This document shows, piece after piece, positions 1 to 8,837 of a stretch of 64,000 nt of DNA. The notes under the pieces were generated by a model. That model saw only the letters and a program-made list of their open reading frames with translations, had not been told where the DNA came from and made no database searches. Where the stretch lies: positions 1 to 64,000 of IMG/VR virus record IMGVR_UViG_3300019458_000021; one strand, written 5' to 3'. Position 1 is the first letter of the stretch. The number at the start of each line of letters is the position of its first letter. A program made the translations under genes and the position numbers.

Positions 1-399
1 AAGGTTGCTTAATCTGTGATTTTCCTTGTTTCCGTCCACGTGGTCAAGCTCCAGTACCAATCTTTTACCATTCCAAGTTTCGATCTTACACTCCTCACAC
101 TGAGATTTCTTCAGTCCTTCCCTAAACAATCGTTCTTTAAGAGAGCGTGTTGGATAAGTTGGGTGTTTACCAGTTAAAATCTCTTGTAGCGGTGTCGTGA
201 TACGGTCCAGGTATTCTTTTCGAGCGTTGCTCAGTCCCTCTATTCGTGTGGGATTTGGCCTTGGTCTGTACACACGAAGTTGTGTTGCACGATACCGAAA
301 CGTTTGATACGGTAAATCAAGCTGTCTAGCAGCCTCCTGCATGGAAGCAGAAGTCCTTACGGCTTCGATAATCTGTTCTTTCGTTATAGTTCGATGCAT
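1..399 (-). CDS. HNH endonuclease, partial (runs off left edge)
   Basis: Manual translation from ATG at 399: MHRTITKEQ...LKERLFREGLKKSQCEECKIETWNGKRLVLELDHVDGNKENHRLSNL; not in the ORF track. Confidence 0.85.
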   Translation of the reverse strand, partial: MHRTITKEQIIEAVRTSASMQEAARQLDLPYQTFRYRATQLRVYRPRPNPTRIEGLSNARKEYLDRITTPLQEILTGKHPTYPTRSLKERLFREGLKKSQCEECKIETWNGKRLVLELDHVDGNKENHRLSNL

Positions 400-409
400 T
401 TTGGTATTT

Positions 410-530
410 ATTTAAAATCGACTTTGAGTGATCTTTCTTTGGCTTATCCAACTCTTTTTCGATTTGCTTCTTGAGAGCAGTGATTTTCCCTCAAAAATGT
501 TAAGAAAATTCGGAATTGGTTTAGTCACAA
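410..530 (-). pseudogene. Frameshifted paralog of the 779..1003 gene
   Basis: VTKPIPNFLNIFEGK / ITALKKQIEKELDKPKK versus IPNFLSVFEHKLERLKKQIKTELAKPK; frame change at GGGAAAA. Confidence 0.55.
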
Positions 531-544
531 AATCCCCATATGGT

Positions 545-619
545 TGGTAGGAGCTGTAGGGATTGAAACCTACGACCTTCTCGGTGAAACGAGTTGCTCT
601 ACCGCTGAGCTAAGCTCCC
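545..619 (-). tRNA. Degenerate tRNA-Val-like gene (6-nt anticodon loop, 8-nt T loop)
   Basis: Body nearly identical to tRNA-Val at 1016..1090; loop TTTCAC; CCA encoded. Confidence 0.6.
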
Positions 620-778
620 TCTACCGCTGAGCTAACCACCCATAATCTTTTGTATTTCCTTCACCAACTTCTTGCGAAACTGTTCATATTTCTTTTCCGA
701 CAGCTCGCCAAACTCGTATCCAAGCTTCTCGACAGATCACCAGGCTCGCGCATCTACCGATTACACCATACTCCCGTC

Positions 779-1003
779 TCAAATCTCCCTCCCACAATGC
801 GGGCAGAGTTTTGTTTGTTGCTTCCTCACTTTGTGCACAGCATGTTTCAATGTCTTTGCATTGTTCAACATGTCTTTCAGTTGAGCACGATGCCGCTCGC
901 GTTTTGGCTTCGCAAGTTCGGTCTTGATCTGTTTCTTCAAACGTTCCAGTTTGTGTTCAAACACACTGAGAAAGTTTGGTATCAATTCTTGATCTTTGCT
1001 CAT
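779..1003 (-). CDS. Hypothetical protein with C-terminal CPHC motif
   Basis: ORF track; coiled-coil-like body; frameshifted paralog at 410..530. Confidence 0.7.
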   Translation of the reverse strand: MSKDQELIPNFLSVFEHKLERLKKQIKTELAKPKRERHRAQLKDMLNNAKTLKHAVHKVRKQQTKLCPHCGREI

Positions 1004-1007
1004 CTTT

Positions 1008-1433
1008 TCAATCCATGGTAGGAGCTGTAGGGATCGAACCTACGACCTCGATCTTGTAAGGATCTTGCGCTACCGCTGCGCCAAACTCCCTCGATATTTT
1101 CGTATATACTTGATGCGGTCTTATATCTACGATAAATTCTTTTTCCTTTGTGACACCGGTTATTTCTAACAAATTATCCAAACGGTAAAAATCATCCCAC
1201 ACTTCACCTTCGTAAGAAGGGCATGACAGTACCACAGCACCTTGTCCTTTTAATTTATCAAGAAATATATATCCACCAACAGCTGTATGCCATACAACGC
1301 CTTTTCTTGGATACTTGACAATCAAATAACAGTCATCGGCGTCTTCGGCATAGCCTATCAAGCGAGCAAGCTCAAAGCTCAGGAGTACTGGCTCGTTAAA
1401 GTGATCAAGACACATTTGTTGAATATCGTTCAT
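1008..1433 (-). CDS. Hypothetical phage protein (3' end overlaps tRNA-Val)
   Basis: ORF track; start overlaps stop of upstream ORF. Confidence 0.65.
   Translation of the reverse strand: MNDIQQMCLDHFNEPVLLSFELARLIGYAEDADDCYLIVKYPRKGVVWHTAVGGYIFLDKLKGQGAVVLSCPSYEGEVWDDFYRLDNLLEITGVTKEKEFIVDIRPHQVYTKISREFGAAVAQDPYKIEVVGSIPTAPTMD
1016..1090 (-). tRNA. tRNA-Val(TAC)
   Basis: Cloverleaf GGGAGTT/GCTCCT-A-CCA, loop CT-TAC-AA. Confidence 0.93.
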
Positions 1434-1654
1434 ATTGTCTTCACCATAATAAAGGGTTCTTCCTTTGGTGCTTCTTCATAGTCCTTACCGAGAACAAACG
1501 CTTCCTCTCTTGGCGAGAGCCTTGTTATCTTATATCCGACGAAGTGGCGAGATCCGTCAGGAAGCTCCATCACGCTCGATGATTTCAGCTGAATCTCAGG
1601 AACTTCTTCTACTGGTTTCGTTCTCCACACATTCGCGAAGAAAATGTCTACCAT
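1430..1654 (-). CDS. Hypothetical protein
   Basis: Start moved to MVDIFF downstream of tRNA-Trp, with RBS GAGGAG. Confidence 0.6.
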   Translation of the reverse strand: MVDIFFANVWRTKPVEEVPEIQLKSSSVMELPDGSRHFVGYKITRLSPREEAFVLGKDYEEAPKEEPFIMVKTI

Positions 1655-1667
1655 GTTATCTCCTCTG

Positions 1668-1738
1668 CAGCCCCGTACGGACTCGAACCGCAACCAACGG
1701 TTTTGGAGACCGGTATGCTGCCATTACACCACGGGGCT
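1668..1738 (-). tRNA. tRNA-Trp(CCA)
   Basis: AGCCCCG/CGGGGCT acceptor, loop CT-CCA-AA, G73. Confidence 0.92.
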
Positions 1739-2213
1739 ATTTTCTTGTTTTGGGCACACGAGCTTCATACTCGTAGGTGCGACCAATCGTGATGTGAAAC
1801 CGCCAACCACGCGGCAACCCAAACTCTGCACGGATTTGGTTCAACATAGCGCAGTCTACATCGATCCAATAGAAAAATCCACCGTCTGGATCGTCTGCTG
1901 CACGAAGATTACCGTGTTCGTATCGGAAATTGACTTTTTTTCCCTGATATTTCTTCCAAAGTTCGGGATGCTGAGCACAGGCATGTTCGCCTCGGATAAC
2001 CGAGATGTGTGCATCCCAAGCTGGCTTGTGAAGAATAATGTGCTTTTCGCGTTGAAGCCACCAACGGTAATACCGTGTGATTTCTTTATCAACGTCAACA
2101 ACACACCACCACTTAGTGCGATTCTTCATATCGCCTCGGTACGGATCGTAAACAATCGTACCATATCCGTCGAGATAGTCGACAGACATCCCGTCACGAT
2201 TCAAGTGCTTCAT
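1737..2213 (-). CDS. 2H phosphoesterase family protein
   Basis: Two HxS/T motifs (AHISV, FHITI); start moved to MKHLN because the longer ORF begins inside tRNA-Cys. Confidence 0.7.
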   Translation of the reverse strand: MKHLNRDGMSVDYLDGYGTIVYDPYRGDMKNRTKWWCVVDVDKEITRYYRWWLQREKHIILHKPAWDAHISVIRGEHACAQHPELWKKYQGKKVNFRYEHGNLRAADDPDGGFFYWIDVDCAMLNQIRAEFGLPRGWRFHITIGRTYEYEARVPKTRK

Positions 2214-2232
2214 GATGAAAAATCCTTCTGTG

Positions 2233-2304
2233 AGACGTGTGTAGGAATCGAACCTACCTTGACGACCTTTGCAGGGTGTCACATAGCCACTCTGTTACCA
2301 CGTC
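2233..2304 (-). tRNA. tRNA-Cys(GCA)
   Basis: Loop CT-GCA-AA, U73, T arm GTAGG/CCTAC. Confidence 0.85.
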
Positions 2305-2310
2305 ATGTGT

Positions 2311-3186
2311 TTACTTTAGCCGCTTTGCTAACTCATCTAGTTTTTTACCTAAGTAACTGAATGCTGTATCAGCAACATACCAACCCTCTCCCACCATGTT
2401 CGGCATTTGCATGTACGATGCATACTTGTTGCTATTTCTTCGATACCAAACAATGTTCCCGCGCTTTGTTGGTGCCACTGCTATAAAATTTGGACGCTTT
2501 GTTAGATTTGGATTTGAAGCATAAACAACATCAAACTTCAACCCATGCTTTGCAAGCATGGATTTGAAACGATTATAGTACACAGCATCTTTTTCCCACC
2601 ACGGATACGACTCTGGATCACCAGCGTACCGTCCCTCCGTATTTTCGAAGTACGGATTAACAAATGTACCTTGCCGAGCTGTGTATCTAACTTTAGGGCC
2701 TCGAACATCTTTAACGATATAGTCAAACTGAATTCGTGTCGGAACTTGTTCCGGCGCAATTTGTGAAGCAGTTATTGGTTTCCCACGCACCTGGGCCTTT
2801 GCTTCTCGAGTCTGCTGCGAATTGAGGTTCACCTTGGCATCAATGTACGCTGCTTTTACAGCCTTCAAACGGTTTGCAATCGTCTTATACTCGGTTGTTA
2901 ATTTTTCGAGACGAGCTGCAAGATCTGGATGCGTCCGTTTATTGATGATGATCACACCATGCCTGCCTCCAAAAACCAAATCATCTGGCGTGGAGAGCGA
3001 CGTCGAGATCCAGGGGCTGATGGCCAGTCCCGGTGCCACGGTGTGCTGCGGCCCACCGACCTGGTCGCCCGCCGCGGCGAGGAAGATATCATCGATTTGA
3101 CCCTCAATGTGCTTCTTTCGATGTTCAATCACACGTTGCTGCCGTTCAATCGCCTCAAGCGATTCACGGACATGTATTAACTTCAT
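2311..3186 (-). CDS. Hypothetical protein, paralog of 5672..6400
   Basis: Shared motifs NPY.E....RYAG.PE.Y.W and G.IVWYRR. Confidence 0.85.
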   Translation of the reverse strand: MKLIHVRESLEAIERQQRVIEHRKKHIEGQIDDIFLAAAGDQVGGPQHTVAPGLAISPWISTSLSTPDDLVFGGRHGVIIINKRTHPDLAARLEKLTTEYKTIANRLKAVKAAYIDAKVNLNSQQTREAKAQVRGKPITASQIAPEQVPTRIQFDYIVKDVRGPKVRYTARQGTFVNPYFENTEGRYAGDPESYPWWEKDAVYYNRFKSMLAKHGLKFDVVYASNPNLTKRPNFIAVAPTKRGNIVWYRRNSNKYASYMQMPNMVGEGWYVADTAFSYLGKKLDELAKRLK

Positions 3187-3219
3187 GGGGTATATTTCCT
3201 TGGCTTATTTTTAGTCCTT

Positions 3220-3294
3220 TGGAGCGGGTAGAGGGATTCGAACCCTCCTCCTCTGATTGGAAGTCAGAGATAATAGCCACTATACGACACCCGC
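3220..3294 (-). tRNA. tRNA-Gly(TCC)
   Basis: GCGGGTG/TACCCGC-T-CCA, loop CT-TCC-AA. Confidence 0.95.
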
Positions 3295-3297
3295 AGG

Positions 3298-3498
3298 TTA
3301 AACTTTAACCTTGTAAGGATCCCAAGCTTCATTCAAAGTAAGTGCATGCCGTGCCTTGAACTCTGCTGTTGGGATGCACCAACAGGTCCCGTCTTCTGCT
3401 AACACAAACAACCGATCAATCTCTTCACTAAACGGCCTCGTATCGGTTTTACGAGCGTTCGAACCGGACGTCTTTAAATTCATTGCAAGTCTCATCAT
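3298..3498 (-). pseudogene. C-terminal remnant resembling group-I-intron-associated PD-(D/E)XK endonucleases
   Basis: NLKTSGSN...IDRLFVL...WCIP; catalytic N-terminal part absent. Confidence 0.45.
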
Positions 3499-3600
3499 TT
3501 CCGTTAGTGCTTTTGCCCAAGATTTAACACAACCGTTAGTATTGACTGCTAAACCAGAACTTGGTGAAGGCTAGAACCCAGCCAATGGGCCAATCCCGCA

Positions 3601-3948
3601 TCATACTTCTTCAACATTGAACGTCAAAGGATGATTGTGATCCCTTGAGTAATCAGTTGCTTGCTTTGCTTTCGTTTCAGCGATATCCTTTGGATATACA
3701 CCGCAAATTACTTTCCCAGTCGTGTGAGCACTCATCATGACATTGAATGCTTTCTGGCTATCCATATTGAAGAACTTGATCAAGACTTCGACGACGAAGT
3801 TGAACGGTGTGTAATCATCGTTCAACAACACAACCTGATACATCGGTGGTTCTTTCGTGCGAACTTCTTCACGTTCAAGAATCGCCGTACCCGAATCGCC
3901 CTGCTTCTGTTCCTGATCTTTATCTATGTCAAATGGATTTTCAGCCAC
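3601..3948 (-). CDS. clpS: ATP-dependent Clp protease adaptor ClpS
   Basis: EPPMYQVVLLNDDYTPFNFVVEVL...AHTTGKVICGVYPKDIAETK. Confidence 0.96.
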   Translation of the reverse strand: MAENPFDIDKDQEQKQGDSGTAILEREEVRTKEPPMYQVVLLNDDYTPFNFVVEVLIKFFNMDSQKAFNVMMSAHTTGKVICGVYPKDIAETKAKQATDYSRDHNHPLTFNVEEV

Positions 3949-4001
3949 AGTGACCTCTCATCTGTTTATGAAGCACACGGAGGGATTCGAACCCTACATT
4001 A

Positions 4002-4075
4002 GGAGCACTAGACTGGACTTGAACCAGCACAATTTCGCTTTGCAGGCGAATGCATTATCTTTCTGCCACTAGTGC
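4002..4075 (-). tRNA. tRNA-Cys(GCA), second copy (D loop lacks GG)
   Basis: GCACTAG/CTAGTGC-T, TTCGC-CTGCAAA-GCGAA. Confidence 0.85.
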
Positions 4076-4267
4076 ATTTCTCACATTTTCCAACCCATAC
4101 TTGTGTATTTTACGATGACAATTAGCACAAACTGGAATACACTTTTCTGCTTCTCGTAATATTGCAAAATCTGAAATACGCTTTGCAGGCAGCTCCATTA
4201 GCCTCTCTGGCACGTGTGCGTTCGAAACAAACACCTTACTTCTTATTGCGTGGTTTGACAACCCCAT
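4055..4267 (-). pseudogene. HNH endonuclease C-terminal remnant
   Basis: EAEKCIPVCANCHRKIH motif without the N-terminal part. Confidence 0.55.
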
Positions 4268-4557
4268 TTTCTATACGACGAGCTCGCAATTCTGCCATTG
4301 TCTCGATTCTCGTCCTTTGAACAGGTGGCGGTGGTAGTGGATCTCGGAGCAGGGAGAGAATTGCGTTTAGAAGGGTCTTCACTGGTCATCTCCTTACACT
4401 CCGTTGCAATGATCACCACGCGTTCATCATCCACATCAATTGTTTTCTTCGACATGTTGTTCCGTACGAAATGACATGTGAAGTAATCAAACGGCCCTAC
4501 TACAGCCAAGTGTTGGTCACCACCCCAAAATAATGTAATCATCAACACCCATTTCAT
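4243..4557 (-). CDS. Hypothetical protein with hydrophobic N-terminus
   Basis: ORF track; start moved to MKWVLM. Confidence 0.5.
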   Translation of the reverse strand: MKWVLMITLFWGGDQHLAVVGPFDYFTCHFVRNNMSKKTIDVDDERVVIIATECKEMTSEDPSKRNSLPAPRSTTTATCSKDENRDNGRIASSSYRKWGCQTTQ

Positions 4558-4632
4558 TGGCAACCCCGCACAGAGTCGAACTGTGATCTACTGGTTCAGA
4601 GCCAGTCATACTAGCCGTTATACGACAGGGCA
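4558..4632 (-). tRNA. tRNA-Gln(CTG)
   Basis: ACTGG-CTCTGAA-CCAGT, T arm CACAG/CTGTG, CCA. Confidence 0.9.
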
Positions 4633-4641
4633 ATTGTCCGC

Positions 4642-5547
4642 TTACAGGCGGGCAAAATCTGCAAACCCCGCCTCGATTAGCTCTTCCTGGCAAGTGTGAA
4701 TGTCACGCTCACCAGCAAGATGCTTGTTGATAATCTCTTCTACCTTCTTATTATCCATACGCACTGCTGGAAGTTTCTTGATTAACAATAGTCCCAACAC
4801 GTGCGACTTCAATGGTGTATCGGTCACGTCAAGAATACCACCGACCGATTTGATGTTTTTGTGAATATCCTGCAACGATGTAATTTCAGGCAACATCTGC
4901 ATGTACATCTTTCCACCAATGTGCTGTGAGCAATGCTCAAGCGATCGCAATTCGATATTACCTGCAATCGAACAGTGTGTGCCAACAACAGCTGGCATTC
5001 CAAATAGAGAGGTTAGATGGTTGTGGTTAATAAACAACTCACCATCTACTTGCGTTGGACAGCCTTCCGCGGTCTTCAATTCACCACCCGCGCAAATGAA
5101 GTTTCCTGTAACGTGTCCGAATTGCACTGGAAACTTCTCTTCCTTAACTGCACCAGCGTCAAAGTGAACGTCACCGTTTACGTCGTACGCTCCGGCTTTA
5201 TTCAAGGAAGCATTGGCAACTTTGTGTTGTTTAAGCCATCCTTCGCCGCTTGTTGGTGACGCTGCGGCAGGCACTGCTGTTTTTGCTACTGCTGTTTTTG
5301 CTACAACAGATACCGGAGCTGCAGGGGTTGCACTACCAGCTACTGCTCCTTTTCCGTGTGCGGATTTTGCGTTCTGATAGTATGTACCAGCACCCGCAGG
5401 CGTCATGTTAAATGGTGGTTGTTGCAATAGCTTAAGAAAGTCTTGGCGAGACATGCCACCCTGAACAACATGTTGAAGGTAGGCCGCTTCCACATCTTGC
5501 TTCTTTGCCATCTCGGTGAGAGGCTTCTTGAGATCTTTGATTCGCAT
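4642..5547 (-). CDS. Phage protein with LRR-like repeats
   Basis: Repeats such as GCPTQVDGELFINHNHLTSLFGMP; late promoter upstream; start MRIKDL. Confidence 0.75.
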   Translation of the reverse strand: MRIKDLKKPLTEMAKKQDVEAAYLQHVVQGGMSRQDFLKLLQQPPFNMTPAGAGTYYQNAKSAHGKGAVAGSATPAAPVSVVAKTAVAKTAVPAAASPTSGEGWLKQHKVANASLNKAGAYDVNGDVHFDAGAVKEEKFPVQFGHVTGNFICAGGELKTAEGCPTQVDGELFINHNHLTSLFGMPAVVGTHCSIAGNIELRSLEHCSQHIGGKMYMQMLPEITSLQDIHKNIKSVGGILDVTDTPLKSHVLGLLLIKKLPAVRMDNKKVEEIINKHLAGERDIHTCQEELIEAGFADFARL

Positions 5548-5570
5548 GGTGTCTTTTCCCCTGGATTTAG

Positions 5571-5674
5571 GGATATTTATAAATATCCACCAATCATCGT
5601 CAAAAGAAAACATTCAATGATTGGTGGATATTTATAAATATCCACCAATCATCGTCAAAAGAAAACATTCAATG
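5571..5674. repeat. Duplicated 49-nt unit containing an 18-bp palindrome (divergent late promoters); also a 27-bp inverted repeat
   Basis: GGATATTTATAAATATCC at 5571 and 5626; inverted repeat 5571-5597 / 5617-5643. Confidence 0.9.
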
Positions 5675-6400
5675 GAAAACGGTCCTGAACAGCAGCTTAA
5701 GCGTCTCGCCCATGCACATAAAGCATTGGTTCATCGAGAGCGTCATTACCGCAACGAGTTGCAGGATCTTAACTCGAAGCTGGTTGGAACTCGGCAAAAA
5801 ACCGCTGGATACTTAGAGGTTGTTGACGCAACAGGAAAACCAGTATTTTGGATCGAAAACATTCCGCAAAACATCGAATTTCGTCGATTGTACCAGATTG
5901 CAATACTTGGTCTTAGTCGGGTAGAGCGGGAAATCAAGAAGAACGAGACAGCACAACGCAACGTAAAGAGAGAAGACGTCAAACCAGTAACAACACCAGT
6001 ATCACAGATTCCTCAAAATCGAATTCCTGCAAAGATCTCATTGTCTATGTTTAATTCAATTGACAATCCATACTACGAATTCACCTCTGATCGCTATGCT
6101 GGTCCTCCTGAAGGTTATCAGTGGGATGCATCAGCTGGACTCGAATACTTCGAACTGAAGAGATTACTTGCTCGCTACAACATGAAAATCGACACTGTTT
6201 ACGCCAGCTCAGATAGTGTGACAAGACGATTTGCTGCTGTTGGCGAACGTGGTTCAATCGTGTGGTATCGTCGGCCTGGTAAGGAACGAAGCACACGACT
6301 TTCGATTCTTGGTATGGTGTTCAAGGGCGATCACCTGATAACCCGCAAAACAGCAGGAATGCGAAACGCACTCAAGACGTTGAAAGATAGGGCTAAATGA
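5672..6400 (+). CDS. Hypothetical protein, paralog of 2311..3186
   Basis: Shared C-terminal domain; isolated plus-strand gene in a minus-strand cluster. Confidence 0.8.
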   Translation: MENGPEQQLKRLAHAHKALVHRERHYRNELQDLNSKLVGTRQKTAGYLEVVDATGKPVFWIENIPQNIEFRRLYQIAILGLSRVEREIKKNETAQRNVKREDVKPVTTPVSQIPQNRIPAKISLSMFNSIDNPYYEFTSDRYAGPPEGYQWDASAGLEYFELKRLLARYNMKIDTVYASSDSVTRRFAAVGERGSIVWYRRPGKERSTRLSILGMVFKGDHLITRKTAGMRNALKTLKDRAK

Positions 6401-6503
6401 TAGGGCTAAATGAAAATTGCCGACTTAAAACGGGTAATTTTTGTAGTCATAAACACCTGTTACGGTATTTATGTCTTTAAAACGAAACGAGACCTTCAAA
6501 GAT

Positions 6504-6575
6504 TGGCAAGGGCGTAGGGAATCGAACCCTATCCTATTTGCTTCAAAGGCAAAAGTAGCTCCAAGCCTCGCCCCA
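6504..6575 (-). tRNA. tRNA-Gln(TTG) with shortened D arm
   Basis: TTTGC-CTTTGAA-GCAAA, T arm, CCA; D arm GCT-TGG-AGC. Confidence 0.8.
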
Positions 6576-6586
6576 ATTACAACAGA

Positions 6587-6705
6587 GTTGATTGTCGGAA
6601 TAACTGTCTTACGACCGTTGTGTCTACCATTCCACCATAGAACTTACGTGCTAGAAGGACTCGAACCTTCACGTCTTTAGACGAAGTATGTCATTCCTAC
6701 GCAAC
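6587..6705 (-). ncRNA. Structured RNA motif copy A enclosing a permuted tRNA-Leu-like module
   Basis: GTTG-CGTA-GGAATGAC-ATACTTC ... GTTATTCC-GACAAT-CAAC; encloses variable arm, T arm, acceptor, then Leu-type D arm. Confidence 0.7.
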
Positions 6706-6708
6706 TGT

Positions 6709-6777
6709 TGGTCTCCCTACCAAGACTCGAACTTGGTCCGCAACGTCCCGAACGTTGTACGCTCACGCTCTAGGGAG
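6709..6777 (-). tRNA. tRNA-Pro(CGG) with truncated D loop
   Basis: CAACG-TTCGGGA-CGTTG; C1-G72, A73; close relative of Pro(TGG) at 12772. Confidence 0.8.
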
Positions 6778-6782
6778 ATTTA

Positions 6783-7019
6783 CTACTGATGCATTTGTTG
6801 CTGTTCCTGCCGAGCCTTTTCGATTGACTCGAGATGCTTGCGGATATATCGCATGAATAGCAGTGCTTTGTCCTCCGCAAGGAAGATAGCATTGCCGATA
6901 TCGTCAATAGGCACAGGAAACTGAAATCCAGTCTCCGTCTCGTACCACAATTCTCTTTCACGATAAAAAATGAACTTAACCTTTTTGTTGTCAACAACCA
7001 TTTCTTTCAATGTACTCAT
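6783..7019 (-). CDS. Hypothetical phage protein
   Basis: ORF track; RBS GGAG. Confidence 0.75.
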   Translation of the reverse strand: MSTLKEMVVDNKKVKFIFYRERELWYETETGFQFPVPIDDIGNAIFLAEDKALLFMRYIRKHLESIEKARQEQQQMHQ

Positions 7020-7033
7020 GTGCTTCTCCTTAG

Positions 7034-7131
7034 AGCGGACCGGGGAATTGAACCTAGCACTATAGATCTAGAATTTAAGTGCCCCATCTCCCGATTCACT
7101 GTCGGGCGTACTAACGTTGTACGAGGACCGC
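7034..7131 (-). tRNA. Atypical tRNA: Gly-like body, GTG anticodon, hairpin inserted in the T stem
   Basis: GCGGTCC/GGTCCGC-T; CCCGA-CAGTGAA-TCGGG; GCACT...AGTGC insert before GGTTCAATTCC. Confidence 0.6.
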
Positions 7132-7137
7132 ATTGTT

Positions 7138-7221
7138 TGGTTGCGGAGGTCAGGAGTCGAACCTGCTATCAGGTGGTTATGAGCCACCTATGGTCAATGA
7201 TATCCGTTCCACTTCTCCGCC
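7138..7221 (-). tRNA. tRNA-Met(CAT), initiator-like, enlarged D loop
   Basis: GGTGG-CTCATAA-CCACC; 1:72 mismatch; about 15-nt D loop. Confidence 0.8.
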
Positions 7222-7226
7222 ATTGA

Positions 7227-8510
7227 TTACTTGTGAAATTGCTCTTCTTCTGTTGAACCTTTCAAAGCCGTTGTCGAAGATTTACCTGATTGAATTACTT
7301 GAGTAACTTCATCGAAGTAACTTGTACCAACTTCACGTTGGTGTTTCACCGCCGTAAATCCTTTCTCAGCTGCTGCAAACTCCTTCTGTTGAAGTTCAAC
7401 AAAAGCAGTCATGTGATTCCTTGCATATCCATACGCTAGTTCAAACATCGAATAGTTCAGCGAATGAAAGCCAGCAAGAGTGATAAACTGAAACTTGTAT
7501 CCCATTGCGCCAAGCTCTCGTTGGAACATCGCGATTGTAGCATCGTCGAGATTTTTCTTCCAGTTGAACGATGGTGAACAGTTGTACGCTAATATCTTAT
7601 CGGGATATTTGCTATGAATCGCTTCCGCAAATCGTTTTGCAAACGTCAAATCTGGTTTGCCTGTTTCACACCAGATCAAGTCTGCATACGGTGCATATGC
7701 AAGCCCACGCGAAATAGCCTGATCGAGACCGTTGCGAACACAAAAAAATCCCTCTGAAGTTCTCTCGCCAGTCAAGAACGGTTTATCGTTTTCATCAATG
7801 TCACTGGTCAGTAAGTTTGCTGCTTCGGCGTCCGTTCGTGCAAATAGCACTGTTGGCACACCCATAATGTCAGCTGCTAATCTCGCAGCGACTAATTTCT
7901 CTACTGCTTCTTTTGTCGAGACAAGAACTTTACCACCCATGTGGCCACATTTTTTCACTGATGCGAGCTGATCTTCAAAATGAACACCAGCCGCACCTGC
8001 TTTAATCATTGCTTTCATTAGCTCATGTGCATTTAGCACACCACCAAATCCTGCTTCTGCATCTGCAACAATTGGAGCAAAATAATCGACTATGCGACAT
8101 CGGGGATCACCGTTGCTTTCCATGTGTTGGATTTGGTCTGCTCGTTGCAACGCATTGTTGATCCGTGTAACAACGGTTGGAACACTTGTGGCAGCATACA
8201 ACGATTGATCCGGATACATACTCAAACTGTCATTCGCATCAGCCGCAACCTGCCAACCCGACAGGTAAATCGCAGGCACGCCTGCTTTAACTTGCTGAAC
8301 TGCTTGATTGCCTGTTAGTGCACCAAGAGCATTGACGAATGGCCGCGTATGGAGAAGGCTCCACAACTTGTTTGCGCCTTGTCGCGCAAGAGTATGTTCA
8401 ACTTGGATAGACCCACTTAAACGATTAACGTCTTCAGCAGTATATGGTCGCGTTATCCCTTTCCATCTTGCATCTGTTTCCCACTCACGGTGCAATCGGT
8501 TGTCCATCAT
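7227..8510 (-). CDS. aceA: Isocitrate lyase
   Basis: Catalytic KKCGH motif, [18 protein letters not shown]-terminal GSTEEEQF; full length 427 aa. Confidence 0.98.
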   Translation of the reverse strand: MMDNRLHREWETDARWKGITRPYTAEDVNRLSGSIQVEHTLARQGANKLWSLLHTRPFVNALGALTGNQAVQQVKAGVPAIYLSGWQVAADANDSLSMYPDQSLYAATSVPTVVTRINNALQRADQIQHMESNGDPRCRIVDYFAPIVADAEAGFGGVLNAHELMKAMIKAGAAGVHFEDQLASVKKCGHMGGKVLVSTKEAVEKLVAARLAADIMGVPTVLFARTDAEAANLLTSDIDENDKPFLTGERTSEGFFCVRNGLDQAISRGLAYAPYADLIWCETGKPDLTFAKRFAEAIHSKYPDKILAYNCSPSFNWKKNLDDATIAMFQRELGAMGYKFQFITLAGFHSLNYSMFELAYGYARNHMTAFVELQQKEFAAAEKGFTAVKHQREVGTSYFDEVTQVIQSGKSSTTALKGSTEEEQFHK

Positions 8511-8573
8511 TGTTCCCTATTGTGAAATGCAGGAGACATTATACACTGAAACTAGTCAATGTTAACACAAACT

Positions 8574-8647
8574 TGGAGCAGCTAGTGAGATTCGAACTCA
8601 CGCCCTAACGCTGGCAACGTCAGATACTACCGTTATACTATAGCTGC
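8574..8647 (-). tRNA. tRNA-Gly(GCC)
   Basis: GCAGCTA/TAGCTGC-T-CCA, loop TT-GCC-AG. Confidence 0.93.
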
Positions 8648-8837
8648 AATTGGATAATTCCTGCATGCACTTTTCGATGACAATTGCTGCACAAGCACAC
8701 GCATTTTTCAACTCTGTTTGATAAATGCCCAGTTGCTTGTTTAGGAAGCGAAACTCGGACGTGGGTTTATTGTCGAGGCAGTTCGAACATTGTTTCATGT
8801 TCATATTTATGTTTCGAAAAACAACCTATTTTCGAAT

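Noticed and set aside
545-619. Opal suppressor or Sec tRNA (TCA in the loop)
   Set aside because: The stem only pairs with a 6-nt loop and the body is Val-like; better explained as a decayed Val copy.
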